A DNA stretch of 63,116 bases, counting the filler, from Olpidium bornovanus S191 (lineage: Eukaryota; Fungi; Olpidiomycota), in assembly GCA_017911155.1 (NCBI GenBank). It is 27 parts of 27 records of this genome, joined end to end, with 100 filler letters (N's around TTAATTAATTAA, not from the genome) between each part and the next. Parts side by side here need not be neighbours in the genome. Positions count along the whole stretch, not along the records: positions 48,769 to 49,901 come from JAEFCI010001593.1; positions 50,002 to 51,497 come from JAEFCI010012118.1; positions 51,598 to 53,684 come from JAEFCI010000508.1; positions 53,785 to 57,156 come from JAEFCI010003110.1; positions 57,257 to 58,319 come from JAEFCI010006277.1; positions 58,420 to 59,593 come from JAEFCI010006176.1; positions 59,694 to 63,116 come from JAEFCI010012071.1; 20 more parts are not named here. One strand, given 5' to 3'. The first letter of the stretch is position 1, and the number at the start of each line of letters is the position of its first letter. The notes below the pieces were generated by a model. It saw only the letters and a list, made by a program, of their open reading frames with translations. It did not search any database and was not told the origin of the DNA. Below are positions 49,521-62,399 of the stretch, in pieces. The position numbers and the translations under genes are program-made.

Positions 49521-50001
49521 AACGCGGGCAGTAACACTCCGGCCCGCATAGCGGTCGCCGGAAGAAACGCGTGCGGCCGGAACGGCCAAGGTGGAGGCAG
49601 CTCGGTGGCACGGCCGGGGAAGATCTAGCGCGCCGTCGTCGCCGGCCGTGACGCCAGGCGGCGACGGTCGAAGATCGTACGTACTAGACCTGGCGGGCGG
49701 GTTCAGAGTCGGGGGCGAGAGGGCTGCGCACCGGGCTGCGCACCGGGCGGGGGGGAAGATGGGGGGGGGGGGGGGGGGGGAGGTCGGAAAATTCTTTTGG
49801 GATAAAATTTACAGAGCACAGATGAGAGAATGACAATTTGCCTCAACAGCGCCAAGGTCACCCCTGATACTAACCCTGAAAAATCATTCCGGACCTTTTC
49901 GNNNNNNNNNNNNNNNNNNNNNNNNNNNNNNNNNNNNNNNNNNNNTTAATTAATTAANNNNNNNNNNNNNNNNNNNNNNNNNNNNNNNNNNNNNNNNNNN
50001 N

Positions 50002-50740
50002 CCATGCATCACGGTCTCTTATATCAGCTCGGCGGCGAAGCCGGCCTAGAGGGGTACGTCGATTCAGACTGGGCCGGAGACCCAGACGATCGAAAGTCCC
50101 AAACCGGATACGTTGTCAGATTTGCCGGCGCCGGAATCCACTGGCGATCAATTAAACAAAAATGCACTGCATTAAGTTCGACCGAGGCGGAATTTCTCGC
50201 TGCGTCGGAGGCGGCGCGCGACGCGACCTGGCTGCGCACAATTCTGTTGGAGCTTCACATTGGCAACGACGATGCCATTCCGCTACACATTGACAATCGA
50301 GGAGCTCAGCTGCTCGGAGAAGGCGCAATCAGTTCGACTCGCACCAAGCATATCGGCGTTCGAGCCCACTTCACACGTCAAGCAGTCGAAGATGGCATAA
50401 TCGACCTGAAACATATCCCAACGAATCAAAACACAGCTGACACCATGACGAAGGCATTCCCACGTCCACGATTTGAAGAGTGTCGCCAGGAACTTGGCGT
50501 TGCGGATCTCTCCGGCGTCATCGAGGGGCGCGATTAAGAGAGTGTCTCGAGCTGGGAACCCGCCTGCCGCGGATGCCTGGCCTTCTGTCCAGAACCCATG
50601 AGAGAAGGAGCGTCGTGTGAGAGGGAGGCCGGATGGGAATATTTCTTTCTTTGTTTTGTTTTGTTTCTTTCTTCCTTTTTTCTTTTATTTCTTTCTCAAA
50701 TTTTCTTTGTTGATCAAATCACCTGTACGTCGTGCAACAC
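50002..50740 (+). mobile_element. Ty1/copia 3' end: intact RNase H ORF tail, PPT and start of 3' LTR
   Basis: EGYVDSDWAGDPDDRKSQTGY...WRSIKQKCTALSSTEAEF...IDNRGA...TKHIGVRAHF...TADTMTKAFP...*, with no stops over 178 codons. The purine tract AAGAGAG is followed by TGTCTCGAG at 50543. The LTR 3' boundary is uncertain. Confidence 0.9.
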
Positions 50741-51597
50741 CCCATTCGTTTCGCGTGTACACCCACAACTTTCTCTCTTTTTCGATTCTTCCTTCCGTCG
50801 ATTGGGCCATACACACGAGAGGGCGTGTCGATCGATTGGATCGGTCGATGGGGAGCACGTAGTAGCGTATCGGTCGATTAGGAACCGTTTCCCCACTCAA
50901 AGGAAAAACAACACCAGAAAAAGGAGGAGACGAAAAGGAGCTGTCCCTTTGTGATAGGTGTTGCCAAAGCGCGGGCCGACTCAACCCGAGCTGGGTTTGA
51001 AGCAAAACCTGGCATTTGCGGAGCCAGCGATTTGACGTTGTTGCCGTCGCAAAGTTTCATCGGAAGGCCCCCACAACCGACATCATATCCCCGTCGAAAA
51101 GCCAACAGTCCTGCATCTTGCGGGCGGGGTCGATTTTCCTCAGGCACAAGAGAGAGTCGCACTCCGATGTCACGGGCACAGACGGCAGGCTCGACATGAA
51201 GCGCCCCAGACACTTGTCGCGCAGCTCCTAGCTGTGCTGAAAAATGAGGCACACCGGAGCTCCTTGTCGACGCGACAGTGACCACGGACGCCCTGGTTTC
51301 GCGCGCCGCCCCCAGGCGTGCTTGACACTGAGGTAGCAAAATCCCCGGTCCTCGAGGAGCGATCCGAGACGGCCCCACATGCGCGTATCTTTGGGCCAAA
51401 ACAACGCGCGCTGGCACCACTCCTGCAGCCCCTCGCGATCTGCCAGCAGCACCTCCAGCGCCCCAGGCACCGTCACCTTGTCGAGGAGGTTGACCAANNN
51501 NNNNNNNNNNNNNNNNNNNNNNNNNNNNNNNNNNNNNNNNNTTAATTAATTAANNNNNNNNNNNNNNNNNNNNNNNNNNNNNNNNNNNNNNNNNNNN

Positions 51598-52733
51598 CAT
51601 GCCTCCCTCGAATAGGGCAGAACTTGCCTTCCTGCCCGTCGCTGTCGCGCGGCCTTTCGGCATCAAGGTCCACGTATTCGAACCCTCTCTCCGAGCACCA
51701 CGTCTCCAATAGTGCAACGGTGTCGAGTGCAGCAGCCGAATCCGCCTCTTCGCTGTTCGCGTCCGCCGGGCCGGCCTTGCGCACCGAGAGAAAGGAGCCT
51801 CCGACGCACAGCGTGATCGACGGCTCGTGGAAATTCACGAATGGTAACCAGTGGCTGAGGTCGTCGATTGCTTTCGGCTTTGTTCACGCGGCGAAAGCCC
51901 TAATTATGATCAGCAGTATCCGCAACTTCATCCTCGTGCACTACAAGCAACGGACACACGCCCCCGACACAAATCTCCATAGGGGAAGTTTTTTTATATA
52001 CCTACCGTCGATTTGTCGTATACAAACACGAATGCGTCGAACGCGTGTCCTATCTCGTTGTAGGCCTTGAGGACACCGTCCTGAGGCACGCCTAGTGGGC
52101 AGGCGTCGAGCCAGAAATCCACTTTTGCTGCGTAGTACTTTGTGTCGATCGTCCACGGAATCACCAGGGGTTCAGCGTCCTCTGCAACATGCGTGTCTAT
52201 CGATGCAGGGTCCCCCTGATCTCCAGCTGCTGCCGGCAAAGCCGGCAAAGCGAGTTCCAGGGCAGCCTTGGAGCTCCCGCAAAGTTCGAATATACCTGTT
52301 TAGAACGAGGTAGGGCAAGCTTAAGTGCGGAGCTCTGGCTGCAAAGCTCGGCGCCAGACCCCCGCTCGGCCGGCAACCGCCCACGCGCTACAACCATGTC
52401 TGGCTCACGTTCGAGCACCTGCACCTCGTGCCGGACACTTCTCCCGAGGACGAGGATTTTGTTGCGCACCGCGCGGGAGCGACCCGCGCAGACGCCGCCG
52501 CTGGAGAAGCTGGTGGACGACGCGTCTGCCGCGGGGGACCCGGAGAAAATGCGGCCGCCTTCGGACGCGTGGTGCTCCAAAACTCGCGGCGCGGCATCAT
52601 CGGCGGGTTCATCCGCCGGCGGCAGATGCTCGCCGCGCTGTCCGCAGCGGCCGGCGGCGGCGACGGTTTTCTTTGGCAGACAAGGAGGGGTGCCTGGTTC
52701 GAGGTCCGGCCGGTCCCCTTCGGTCTGGCCCAT
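51598..52733 (-). CDS. IRC6: Alpha/gamma-adaptin-binding protein p34 (AAGAB/Irc6), 5' part
   Basis: NKILVLG; IPWTIDTKYYAAKVDFWLD; FDAFVFVYDK; ETWCSERGFEYVDL. These match AAGAB motifs PWTIDNKYYSA, QAFVVYFD and EWC..HGFE.V.L. Confidence 0.88.
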
Positions 52734-52961
52734 TGCGGTTGGGTGCTGCTCCGGGCGTTTTCGCGAGCGCGGGGGCGGCGGCGGAGCCCGGGCGAGAGAG
52801 CCGGGGGTCCCGTCGGGCGACTTTTTTTTTTGATCTTGTTGCGTTGTACACTCCGCACACACTACGCGCATAACGCACCGCAGTACCGTTGCCGGCAACC
52901 GCGCCCTCTCTTCTCCCGCGCTTCACGCTGCACTTCACGCTGCGCTTGCGCTTCAAGCTAG

Positions 52962-52975
52962 CCCTAACCCTAACC
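52962..52975. repeat. Interstitial telomere-like repeat CCCTAACCCTAACC
   Basis: 2.3 units of TTAGGG on the minus strand, about 230 bp upstream of the IRC6 ATG. Confidence 0.6.
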
Positions 52976-55769
52976 TCTCCTGTAGCTTTGGTCCACCTGG
53001 CTGCTCCATTCAAGTACTGGATTGAGCCGGTTCAAGTATAGAGAGAGCCGCACCTCTTCACGCAGTCACCGCCGCCGGCGCCGCACCCTTCCGCCGCAGC
53101 CTGCCGCGCCCCAGTCACCTAGGTTTCCGCCGCGCGCCCGCGCCGTCGTTGCCTCTCTGCCGGCTGCCCTCCCCCCGCCGAGCGTGCTGCCGCTCGCCGC
53201 CTTCACCTCAGCTTCCGACGCAAGTAGCTGTTGGAAGTGAGTCATGATTTCGGGAGTGATACCGGCCGGCACAGAACTGAGGGAGGCCATAGTCGTGAGT
53301 AAGTGCAATAATTTTGTCTAGATCCGCGTATCGGCGTTGCTACCATGTAACAAGCGGAACATGTAATCTGCGCACTGCGCTATCTGTCTAAAAGTACGGA
53401 GAGCATAAGCGCTTTATATAGGTGGGGCCTACTGCCAGCGCCAGCACAATTATGCGGTGCGTGTCTGGATAGTGCGGCGCATACCAGTGCGCAATATCTG
53501 TTATTGCAATTCCGGCACTGGTGTTGGGCTTGGAAATATTCGGCAATATTCCGAAAGCCACAGCATGGCATAAATTCGCCGATATTATGGCTACGGCGCC
53601 CCCACGCTGGCGCGCGCTATATGCACCGGGTCCTGGCCTGGCCTGGGCTTCCCTACGCAGCTAGACACACTGCGTGCGCAGGTANNNNNNNNNNNNNNNN
53701 NNNNNNNNNNNNNNNNNNNNNNNNNNNNTTAATTAATTAANNNNNNNNNNNNNNNNNNNNNNNNNNNNNNNNNNNNNNNNNNNNCATGACGTTGCTCACC
53801 ATTCTGAGCTAGCTACTCTTAAAATTCGTATTCATTCGCCTGGAGTCAAACACGGAAACGCGGCTAGGTCGCGCTCACGGATGAGGCGTTCCAACAGAAA
53901 TTGTTGCCCTGATACGAACTCTGGCGGAACGCTTTAGTGCGGGATTCGACGATGCTCGACATACCAGCAACCAGCACCGCTTGGAAACGGCCCGTGGGCT
54001 ATCGAGCGTCTACTCCGTCCTGACGCTCAGAAATTTTTTGCGGCCGGCGCTTCCGGGGGAATTTTGATTCTTGGAACAGAATACCAAAGAGAAAATGCCG
54101 CAGAAAGATTACGCACCGTCTAAAGCGGCGCGAATTTTAGGTCTACCAGGCGTGGGCCTTTTTTGGAGACCCGTTTGCTATGTGGGCCAGGTCGTGGGCC
54201 AAGGGCATCCGGCCAGGCCCGGCCAGGTCCACGAGGCTGGGAAAGGCAGAAAGGGTGGGAGAGGAGGAGAAAGGTATAAGAAGGCGGGAAAAATCGCAGT
54301 CAGAGAAGGTGCGAAAGAAGCTGGGCGAGAAGGGCGAGAGAAAGTGGGAGAAGAAAGAAGAAAGGATAAAACGTCAAAGTTCTGGTAAGTTCTATATGAG
54401 CGGAGAAAAGGCAAATGTTTATAATAGGTCTCCATTTCGTAAGCCAGTGTTCGGTGAGTTTCGCCCAGCAATGGAGGAATACCGTGAATGAGGACACTGT
54501 TCTGCATGTGAGCCCGAGATGGAACTTTACCAAGTCCCAGAGCGCAGCTGGGATGAACAGCGAACCAGTAGGCAAGGATGTCAAGAAATATTGAAAGAGT
54601 GCGCCATCGGAGATACGGCAAAATGGACGCCAGGTGATTTCCCCGTAGACTCTGGCACACCCCCATGGGCCCCTTAAGTGAGTTGCGTCCCCGTCAGCAC
54701 ACACCCCTGGAGCATTCAAAGGGGCGCGTCCCCTTTTGGCGCAGATCCCTGTGCTCTTCGAATTAGGTGTGTCCCTTTCTGGCGCCCACCAGATAGGGGA
54801 GGAGTGCGGACAAAAGGATGAAGGGATACAGAAACGATCAAGGAGTGACCACCTAGCATGTAAACTGAATTTTTAAACGGCCTAACTCCTCGAAAGCGGT
54901 GAGGAGGGGTTGGGATGAAGCAATCAGAATCAGAATAAAATTTTCAAGAACATTTTCGATGTAAAGGGGCACATGTGTTTTTACTGGAAAATACCGGTGT
55001 GGCCCTGACGCTCTGTTCTTCATCGTCCCATCTTAATCCACCCGTGCGTCCGTTTCGTCTCCCGGGCCCGTTCAACTAAACAAGCTTGGCATCCTTTTTT
55101 TTTTTCCTGTTTTTGTGTGTGTGCGTGTGTTTGCGTGTCGATATGTTTTCAATCGAAATCTGCCAGGCGGCGTGTGGGTTTGCCGAGCGGCAACGCGTGT
55201 GCGTGCGGGGGGGGGGTTTCGCGGGGGGTCAGAAAGAACAGCTCGCGCGGGGGGGAAGGAGGGAGGGAGAGGGAGGAAGGGGAAAGCGGTCCCGAACGAA
55301 TTTCGGGCGAAGGGCCGTTTTCCCCGGCTTCCGCCCCCGACCACCTTCTTCTGCCCCCGCCCCCGCCCCCGCAACAGTCCGCGCGGTTTCTGCCCAGAGT
55401 TTTCCTGCTCTGCCTTCTTAGCCGCGGCCTCAAAACGCCCCGCCGCAGATGGCAGGGCTCTGCGGCCCGAGGAACACGGCGGCCCTGGTTCCCTCGCACG
55501 TCCCCGGTGTCAAGACGCGGCGGCTCTGCGACCCCTTCCCGCGCCACCCCCCGCCGCGGTCTTCGTCTTCGGCCGTCGTCCACGTCCCGTCCCGATCCGC
55601 GCTTGGCGCCTGGGTGGCGCGCCGCCTGCAGTCTGCTCCCGCGCAGCCGCGCCGCGCCGCCGCCGGAGCTGGCTCCGGCGCGCCCCCGTCCGCCGCCTCA
55701 AATGCGGCGCCTCTGGCTTTCTTGCAGCGGCCACTCCACCGCCCCCGGAAGCGACGAGGGATCACTGTC

Positions 55770-57156
55770 CTTAGTCTTGGCGACCCTAATTGCCCAACCG
55801 GAACTACCCTCTCCGGGCGTGGAGATTGGCATCGTCGGCTCTCCTCGACCGGAAACTGCCAGCCGTTGTGCGAGCGCTCGGGAACATCTGCGGGACTCGG
55901 AAACCAAGAAGCTCTCTTCAACGGCGTGGAACGCAAGCGGGCGGCGCTCGCCGCTGTCCTGAGATTGGCGTCCGCGTTTGGTGCGCGTCATAAGTACACC
56001 GAGATGGCCAAGCTACGCGACCTCGTCCAGTCTGCACTGCACGTCGACGACAACGTATTGCGGGTGCTCGGTAAGCTGGTCGAACAAACCGGTGTTGCAG
56101 CCGAGGCCGCCTCGAGCGACGTCCGCTGAGCACGCCGCCGCCGTGGGGACAGCTCTGTTTAGCAAAATCAACGCTAAGCTGTTGCTCGTCCGCGATAGTG
56201 GTCTCCGAGTGCGACGCTCGGAGAACAAAGTTGTTACAAGGTCTCTTGGGATGTGAAAAATCTGATGGGGCGCCTGACCTGCCAACCAGCGGACCTTCCA
56301 TCTTCCAGGAGCATCCTTCGCCGTCACAAAAGCTGGAAACGGATGTCGGCGACTCAATTTCATGGACAGAACTCGGAGCCGAATTCGGCGATCCGCTCGT
56401 CCGCCGAATCAGGTCGGTGCGTTTGCGGACGCCTGGCGAACAACGCCGCTCTCCGTCGTAGAGTCCCGTACTCAGTGGTCAATCCCGGCCGTTTCATACT
56501 TTCCTGCAGATACGGGCCGCGCATAATGGTGACACCTGATGACGATGGCGTGTGCATCCAATGGCCCAGCCCATGGCTGACGTCGGGAGGCGGAATCGAG
56601 GTCATTGACCTCGCCCGTACGTAGCCCCTACCTTCGTTGTGACACGAATGGTTTCTCATTGACATACGGACGTTTTGTCGATCGACTCACCGGACGTCGG
56701 ATTCTCGTACTTCGTCAGGTAGCCGGCCAGCTCGTTCGCGGCTTGGCGAACGACTTTCCGAGATGGGAGACATGATGATTCTGGCCGTCGACCCATCCGG
56801 CCCGACCCCTTGGGAACAATCGGTTGCCGCATCTTTCTCTCGGAGCTGGCGTCTCGTCGTTGCAGTAGACAACAATTATATCGCGGGACCTGTGGGGGAC
56901 TGGGTCGTAGACTTTGAAGGGAAGTACCTCACGGTACTCCCAAAGTCAGTCGACTGTTACGAAGTCGATGGTGTGCGGCCTGCCCCAATATTTGCAATCG
57001 GCGACAGCTCGAGACCACTGGCCCATCTCCAGCGACATGTCGGAGCCTGTTCCACGCCGCCGCTACTAGAGGATGTCCGTCTGGGCGCAACTGCGTCAGA
57101 TGCCACGAGGTCTCTTCGGCTTTTCCGCAGCAGTGCAATGGCCGAGCTTTCACAAA
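55770..57156 (+). CDS. Uncharacterised multi-exon protein (beta-strand-rich 3' exon)
   Basis: GT-AG-bounded coding blocks, e.g. ...AKLRDLVQSALHVDDNVLR, ISWTELGAEFGDPLVRRI|RYGPRIMVTPDDDGVCIQWPSPW, MILAVDPSGP...WRLVVAVDNNYIAGPVGDWVVDFEGKYLTV. Family not recognised. Confidence 0.5.
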
Positions 57157-57256
57157 NNNNNNNNNNNNNNNNNNNNNNNNNNNNNNNNNNNNNNNNNNNN
57201 TTAATTAATTAANNNNNNNNNNNNNNNNNNNNNNNNNNNNNNNNNNNNNNNNNNNN

Positions 57257-58173
57257 ACATGCTGTGGCCGACAATGGTACCTATGGTGACCCAGTACATA
57301 TTCTGGTTCAGAAAGGGAAAAAAATGTCAATGGGAATCGAAAGCGCCAGTTTGCGCGGGCGCCCCCAGCCTGCGCAAACCGCCTCACATTTGCTGCCGCC
57401 AGCGCAATGGTGGCGATTTGAGATCGGTCGCCCCACTCGGCAAGGAAGGTGAGGACGAACGTGGTCACCCAGGTCTTCGAGAAAACCAGGCCCAGGAAAC
57501 GCTCGACGGCAGACCGGGCGTCCCGACCTGGCGGGGCCGGCCCAGCCTGGAGGAAGGGCGCCTTGCCGTCCTCGACGGCGGCATCTCGGACGGACACGTC
57601 CTTGTCGGCGAGCTCGACCTGGACCTCATCAATCTCGTGGTTGATCTCGTCCGGGTCCATGCCCAGCCCGTCCTTGAGCATCTTGACGCCGAAAACGAAA
57701 AAAAGCAGCGCCGCGAGGTATATCGTATATACCTTGGGTATCAGGTTCGGTAAGGCGTAGCCGAGCGCGGCCGAGAGGACAGACATGACCACCAGCGCGC
57801 TGAACGCGGCGGAGAAGATCTGCAACGGCGAGTGCGTCATGGCCATGATGGCGGCGATCAGGAACGTCTTGTCGCCCAGCTCCGACACAAGGATCATGAG
57901 CAGACTGAACAGCAGCGGCTCCCGAGCTTCGGCATATGGCGACGCTGCAGCGCCGCCGCCCTCGGGCGCACCCGTCGCCTCTCCGGGACCGCGATGTCCT
58001 TCCCGCGGGCCGGCGCCCGGGTCGGCCGCGGCGGGGGTGTCTGCGGTCTCCCCGCCTCCCGGACTTGCGGGGCGTTCCGGCGCCACCCGAGGGACCGCGT
58101 CGCTCTCGCGGAGCGAACCGAGGTGCGCCTGCCCCTGCCTCGAGGGGCCATCGAGCTCTTCTGAAGGCCACCA
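57257..58173 (-). CDS. GDT1: GDT1/TMEM165 (UPF0016) Ca2+/Mn2+ transporter, partial
   Basis: Both family signature motifs are present: SELGDKTFLIAAIMAM and FLAEWGDRSQIATIALAA. Next exon NMYWVTIGTIVGH. Confidence 0.96.
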
Positions 58174-58257
58174 CTGGGGGGGGGGGGACAACCGAAACAC
58201 AGCTCGGACTGGTAAGTTTAGCCCGACATCGGGGCAGAGCCGCTGTCCCGGTTCACG

Positions 58258-58295
<38 letters not shown>

Positions 58296-58419
58296 GGGGG
58301 GGGGGGCCCCCCCCCGCCCNNNNNNNNNNNNNNNNNNNNNNNNNNNNNNNNNNNNNNNNNNNNTTAATTAATTAANNNNNNNNNNNNNNNNNNNNNNNNN
58401 NNNNNNNNNNNNNNNNNNN

Positions 58420-59593
58420 CATGGGTTTTCCGTGAGGTTGGGAGATCAAACGTAATAGATTCTACGTGTTAGTGCGGAGATTCTTAGGAAAGGAAAAGGG
58501 GAAAGACAAACAAGAGAGATTTCTACACCCCTCCGTTCCCCCGGTTATGCGCTCCCTCCTGCTTTTTACCCCCAAATCTATCTAATGGATTTCTATGCTG
58601 CAACTTTGGAATCCGGAGGAACTCAATTTTAGCGCTTCTGACCTTCTTCTGCATCCTCGCATTTTCCTCCACTACAACGGCTTGTTTCCGTGCATCAGTT
58701 CGATCGGCGCAAATCCGGTGGTTTGATGGGTTGTGCATCGGTCCGTCCAGAAGGCGAATGGGAAAAGATCGACCCACGCTGCCGCTTCGAACTTCGCCAT
58801 CTTGACGTGCTCATCAACGTCTGGTGGCCCCTCTCCGCCTTACCATTGGCTTCGGGATTGTACGCCATGGTAAGGTCAATACGTACTCCGAACCGGCTGA
58901 AGAACTCACGGACCTCGCTTGCACGCAGTTCGCCCCGGTCTGCCCGAAATCGATTACAGGGCCCGTATCAACAGATCACCACCTCAAGTGGGAAGCGACT
59001 TACGCTCGCTGAGTGCTTGCTTCGTAACGGCCGTCCTTCGCAGAAGTTGCTTACCCCTTCTCGAGCAAGTACCGCGTATCGGTACCCTTTTACCTTCGGC
59101 ATCTTGACCAGGTCCACATACCATTTGAAGTTGATCGAGGCCGGGCACGCCGGCCGCAGCCCTTCGTAGAATCGCTGTCTGCTGTATGCTTGACAAATCT
59201 CACACGTGGCGACGTGCTTGGCTACGTCCCGTCGTAGCCCCGGCCAGTAGTATCACTCGGCCACTTTCCGCTGCGTTTGTTCCAAAGAAAAATGACCCGC
59301 CCCCAGGTGTTCGTGCGCCGCCTCGAGGATCTGCGCGCGGTCCTCCGATCGGCAGACCACCCGTCGCGGCTCCGAATCGACCGGGTCGGCTCCTCGCCGT
59401 TATAGATGCCCGCCTCGGAGGAAGTAGTCCCCTGCCGCTGCTCGGATCGCTTTCGTCGCTCGAGGGGGGGCGCCCGTACTCGCGGCAGCGAGCCACCGAC
59501 CGAGCTCAAGGAAAAGGCCTGTGTACTCGTCTTCCCGGAACACACCTTGCTCACTTTCTCGGCGTCGGCCGCCCTCGTCCTCCGCCTCGACTC
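58420..59593 (-). mobile_element. Ty3/gypsy integrase pseudogene with PPT and start of 3' LTR
   Basis: One frame with three stops (59402, 59255, 58970). HHCC zinc finger HEHLGAGH...YYWPGLRRDVAKHVATCEICQ; rve core WYVDLVKMP...C*YG...ADRGE...YNPEANGKAERGH...TGFAPIELMHG. PPT GGGGGAACGGAGGGG (58542-58528), then TGTAG at 58527. Confidence 0.92.
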
Positions 59594-62399
59594 NNNNNNN
59601 NNNNNNNNNNNNNNNNNNNNNNNNNNNNNNNNNNNNNTTAATTAATTAANNNNNNNNNNNNNNNNNNNNNNNNNNNNNNNNNNNNNNNNNNNNAAAAAAA
59701 AAAGAAAAACCCCACCCCCCCGACGCCTCCCCCCACCCCCGAAAAACCCCCTTTCCCCCCCCCCCCCCCCCCCCCCAACCCCCACTCCTCCGCCTACTCC
59801 CAACCGTGCACTCAATAGCAAAAAAACACGCTTGGACCTTGGGGTTTTTTCTTTCAGGGATCAATCGTATCGGGACCTTCTCGGCAACGTCAGTTTGATT
59901 TTTGGCTTAGGTTTAAGGTAAAAAAAAAAACAAAAGTAAGTAAGATACATTTAGCTAATATATATCCTACGGATACTAGTAAAAGCCCTGTCCACCAAAC
60001 ACGGCGCAAAAGGGCCGTTGCCAACCCCCTTCCTTCCCTCTCAATCGTTTAAAGATGAGCTCGATTTGCCGTTCAGCACCTCTAAAAATGCACCAACCTC
60101 CTTCGTAAGCTCTTCCCTCCCGAGGGACAAGATGTGGTGGGGCCATTCTCTGGGGTGTCCAAGAGGTGCTGGTAGGGGGGAATGCTGAATCTGCGATGAC
60201 GTCTGTACCGGCAACACCTCGGAATTTTTGCCACTGGCACTCCCGGGGCCCCGGCTTCCTTTCCCCTCAACCCCTTCCCCCCCACCTCACCTTCCCTTAC
60301 CACCCAGCGGCAAATCCCGTGCTGCCTGTGGCAGATCACGCATGCGGCAGTTACAGTAAGGGTTCAAAGTTAGGGTCCATGTTGCAGCTAAACAGCACGG
60401 TAAACAGATCTTAATGGCACCTGCGCACTCCGCACAGTCAAAAGGGCTCAGCTCGTAAAAAAAAGGGACATCTAACGAATCTTGCCCCTGTTTAAAAGAG
60501 AAAAAAAAACGCCGGGTCAGGGAGCAGAATTCTGAAGCAAGGGGGGCAGCTGATGTACCAGATGTCAAGGCAGGAGAGAAATAACTTGCCCTTCGTTCCT
60601 GTAGCGCGAATGGACCAAAGGCGCAAAACCAGGGTGGCCCGCCACCCCCACGTTCCGTACCTTTTTTTGTCGCCGCGGGCATTTTTATTTATCCGGAATC
60701 GCCGGGTGGTTGTCGTCCTGGCGTTCGAAATCAAGCTGTGGGGTTGTGTTATACGCGTCAGGCCGTTGCGTTACGCGTACTACGTCCCGCCCCCTCTGTC
60801 GGCTCGAAAACCTTCCTCGATTCCGCCGGTTTGGGGTCCGCCGTGAAAGAGAGACGCGTCGAAATCCGTGTCAAAAATCCGTGTTTAACTCCAGTGAAAA
60901 ACAAAAGGGGAACGCAACTGTGCCACGACGCAGTCGGGACTTGGAAAACTCCCTGCCGGCCTCTTTCTCCTGCTGCCCTGGTCCCACTTGCGCTGCGTTT
61001 TCTTCTGCGGTCCCTGTCAGCCCCTCCTAAACCATCGTGCCGGATAAGACACGGGGCGAAAACCGCGCAAAGCGAAATGGGGGCCGCATTCATGGAGAGG
61101 GGCCTCGTGGTTTCGCAGTGATGAGTGTGTCTGGTTATTTCCACGCGTCAGGGGCGACTGCTTCGCCAGGAGGTGGACGCATCCACTAGTCTTCATCAGG
61201 GTACCCCCGTAACGTTTCTACGGTCGATTGAGGAACAGGCCCTGAATCTGGAGCCGCTGGACGCAGTAAGCTGCACGTCGGCGGGAGCTCGTATCTGCCC
61301 ATCGACGTGCGAAAAAGGGGCGGGGGGGGGGGGAAGGGCCGCTGAGGTGTCTTCAACATGCCACAAAGATCGAGCTCGGCAATGCTCGAACGTTGGTTTA
61401 GTAAGCTGAGAGAACGTTCGAGCAGTAACGCGAATGCAGTGGCTCCTGGAGTTCGGTAAAGGATTGCCGCCGGCCATCCGGTAGTTGTAACTTGCACACC
61501 GAGGGACGGAGATACGGGGGAAAAACCGGGCATCTTGGGCAGCCAAAAGCTTTGTCCTTTGGGGACCGGTTGCACATTACTGCTGGGCGGAATCCTCCAA
61601 GCAATCACGATGCCGACTACCCATAATTGAGAAGCAGCGCACAATGGAACAAAAAAAGGAGGCATTCAGACGCAGAGCCGAAAGGGGTCAAAAACTGCAT
61701 GGGGTTCTTTTCTGGTGGAATCGTGGCGTGTTTCCGTTTTGATGGCTTTGTCGGGCGAAATCGAATTTTTCTAATAGATGCAGATGACGACCGTCTGGAT
61801 TTGCAGTACGCAGTCCTCCGCCCTCTTTCCATCCTACGGTGTACGGACGGGTGAAGTTTGCGGATGCGTTTTTTGGGGCGCCGCAATTGGTTGGAACAAC
61901 AGCCTGCCAGCGGAGTACAGGTTCCGTTTCCTCCGGTAAGTGTCGCAGGACGTGATCATGTGCTGAAAGTCCTCAGCCGTCCGCGGCCAGACCTCGAACG
62001 CTTGGAGAGTGTGCTGTTCTGGTCTGTGTGGACGTGGTCATGGACTTCTCGTATGAAGCTGAGGCAGAGTCTCTTTTTTTTGCCACTACTAAGCAACATG
62101 TCATCTCCGGGTGCAAGAACAACTTCGATCGTGAGTGTTCTGCCTGCCGGGTCTGTTGCATTTACATCCCGCACTTTTGCGCAGGCCGTCACAGCTTTAG
62201 ACAAATGTGCTCCGGTGGCGAGGAGGAAAAAGATACAGAGTGATGATGCCGGCTGGTGAGAGGTGATGGCTGAGGCCGAGAACTTCATAATGCAATGAGG
62301 GCAGTTGGGCATATCTGCGACAAGAATTAGATTATATTTTTTCCCAAGAGAATTTCGATAAACATGTTCACGGGCTAGATGAGATTGCAAGTTAAAATG

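Noticed and set aside
54178-54719. Overlapping minus-strand ORFs resembling LINE ORF1 (SVLIHGIP) or RhoGAP (YFLTSLP)
   Set aside because: Each rests on a single short motif and the two readings conflict. No supporting domain context.
60050-60520. Possible PIF/Harbinger nuclease relic (…VIADSAFPP…, …CAGAIK…) on the minus strand
   Set aside because: The motifs are scattered across different frames and the catalytic DDE spacing cannot be reconstructed. Too weak to call.
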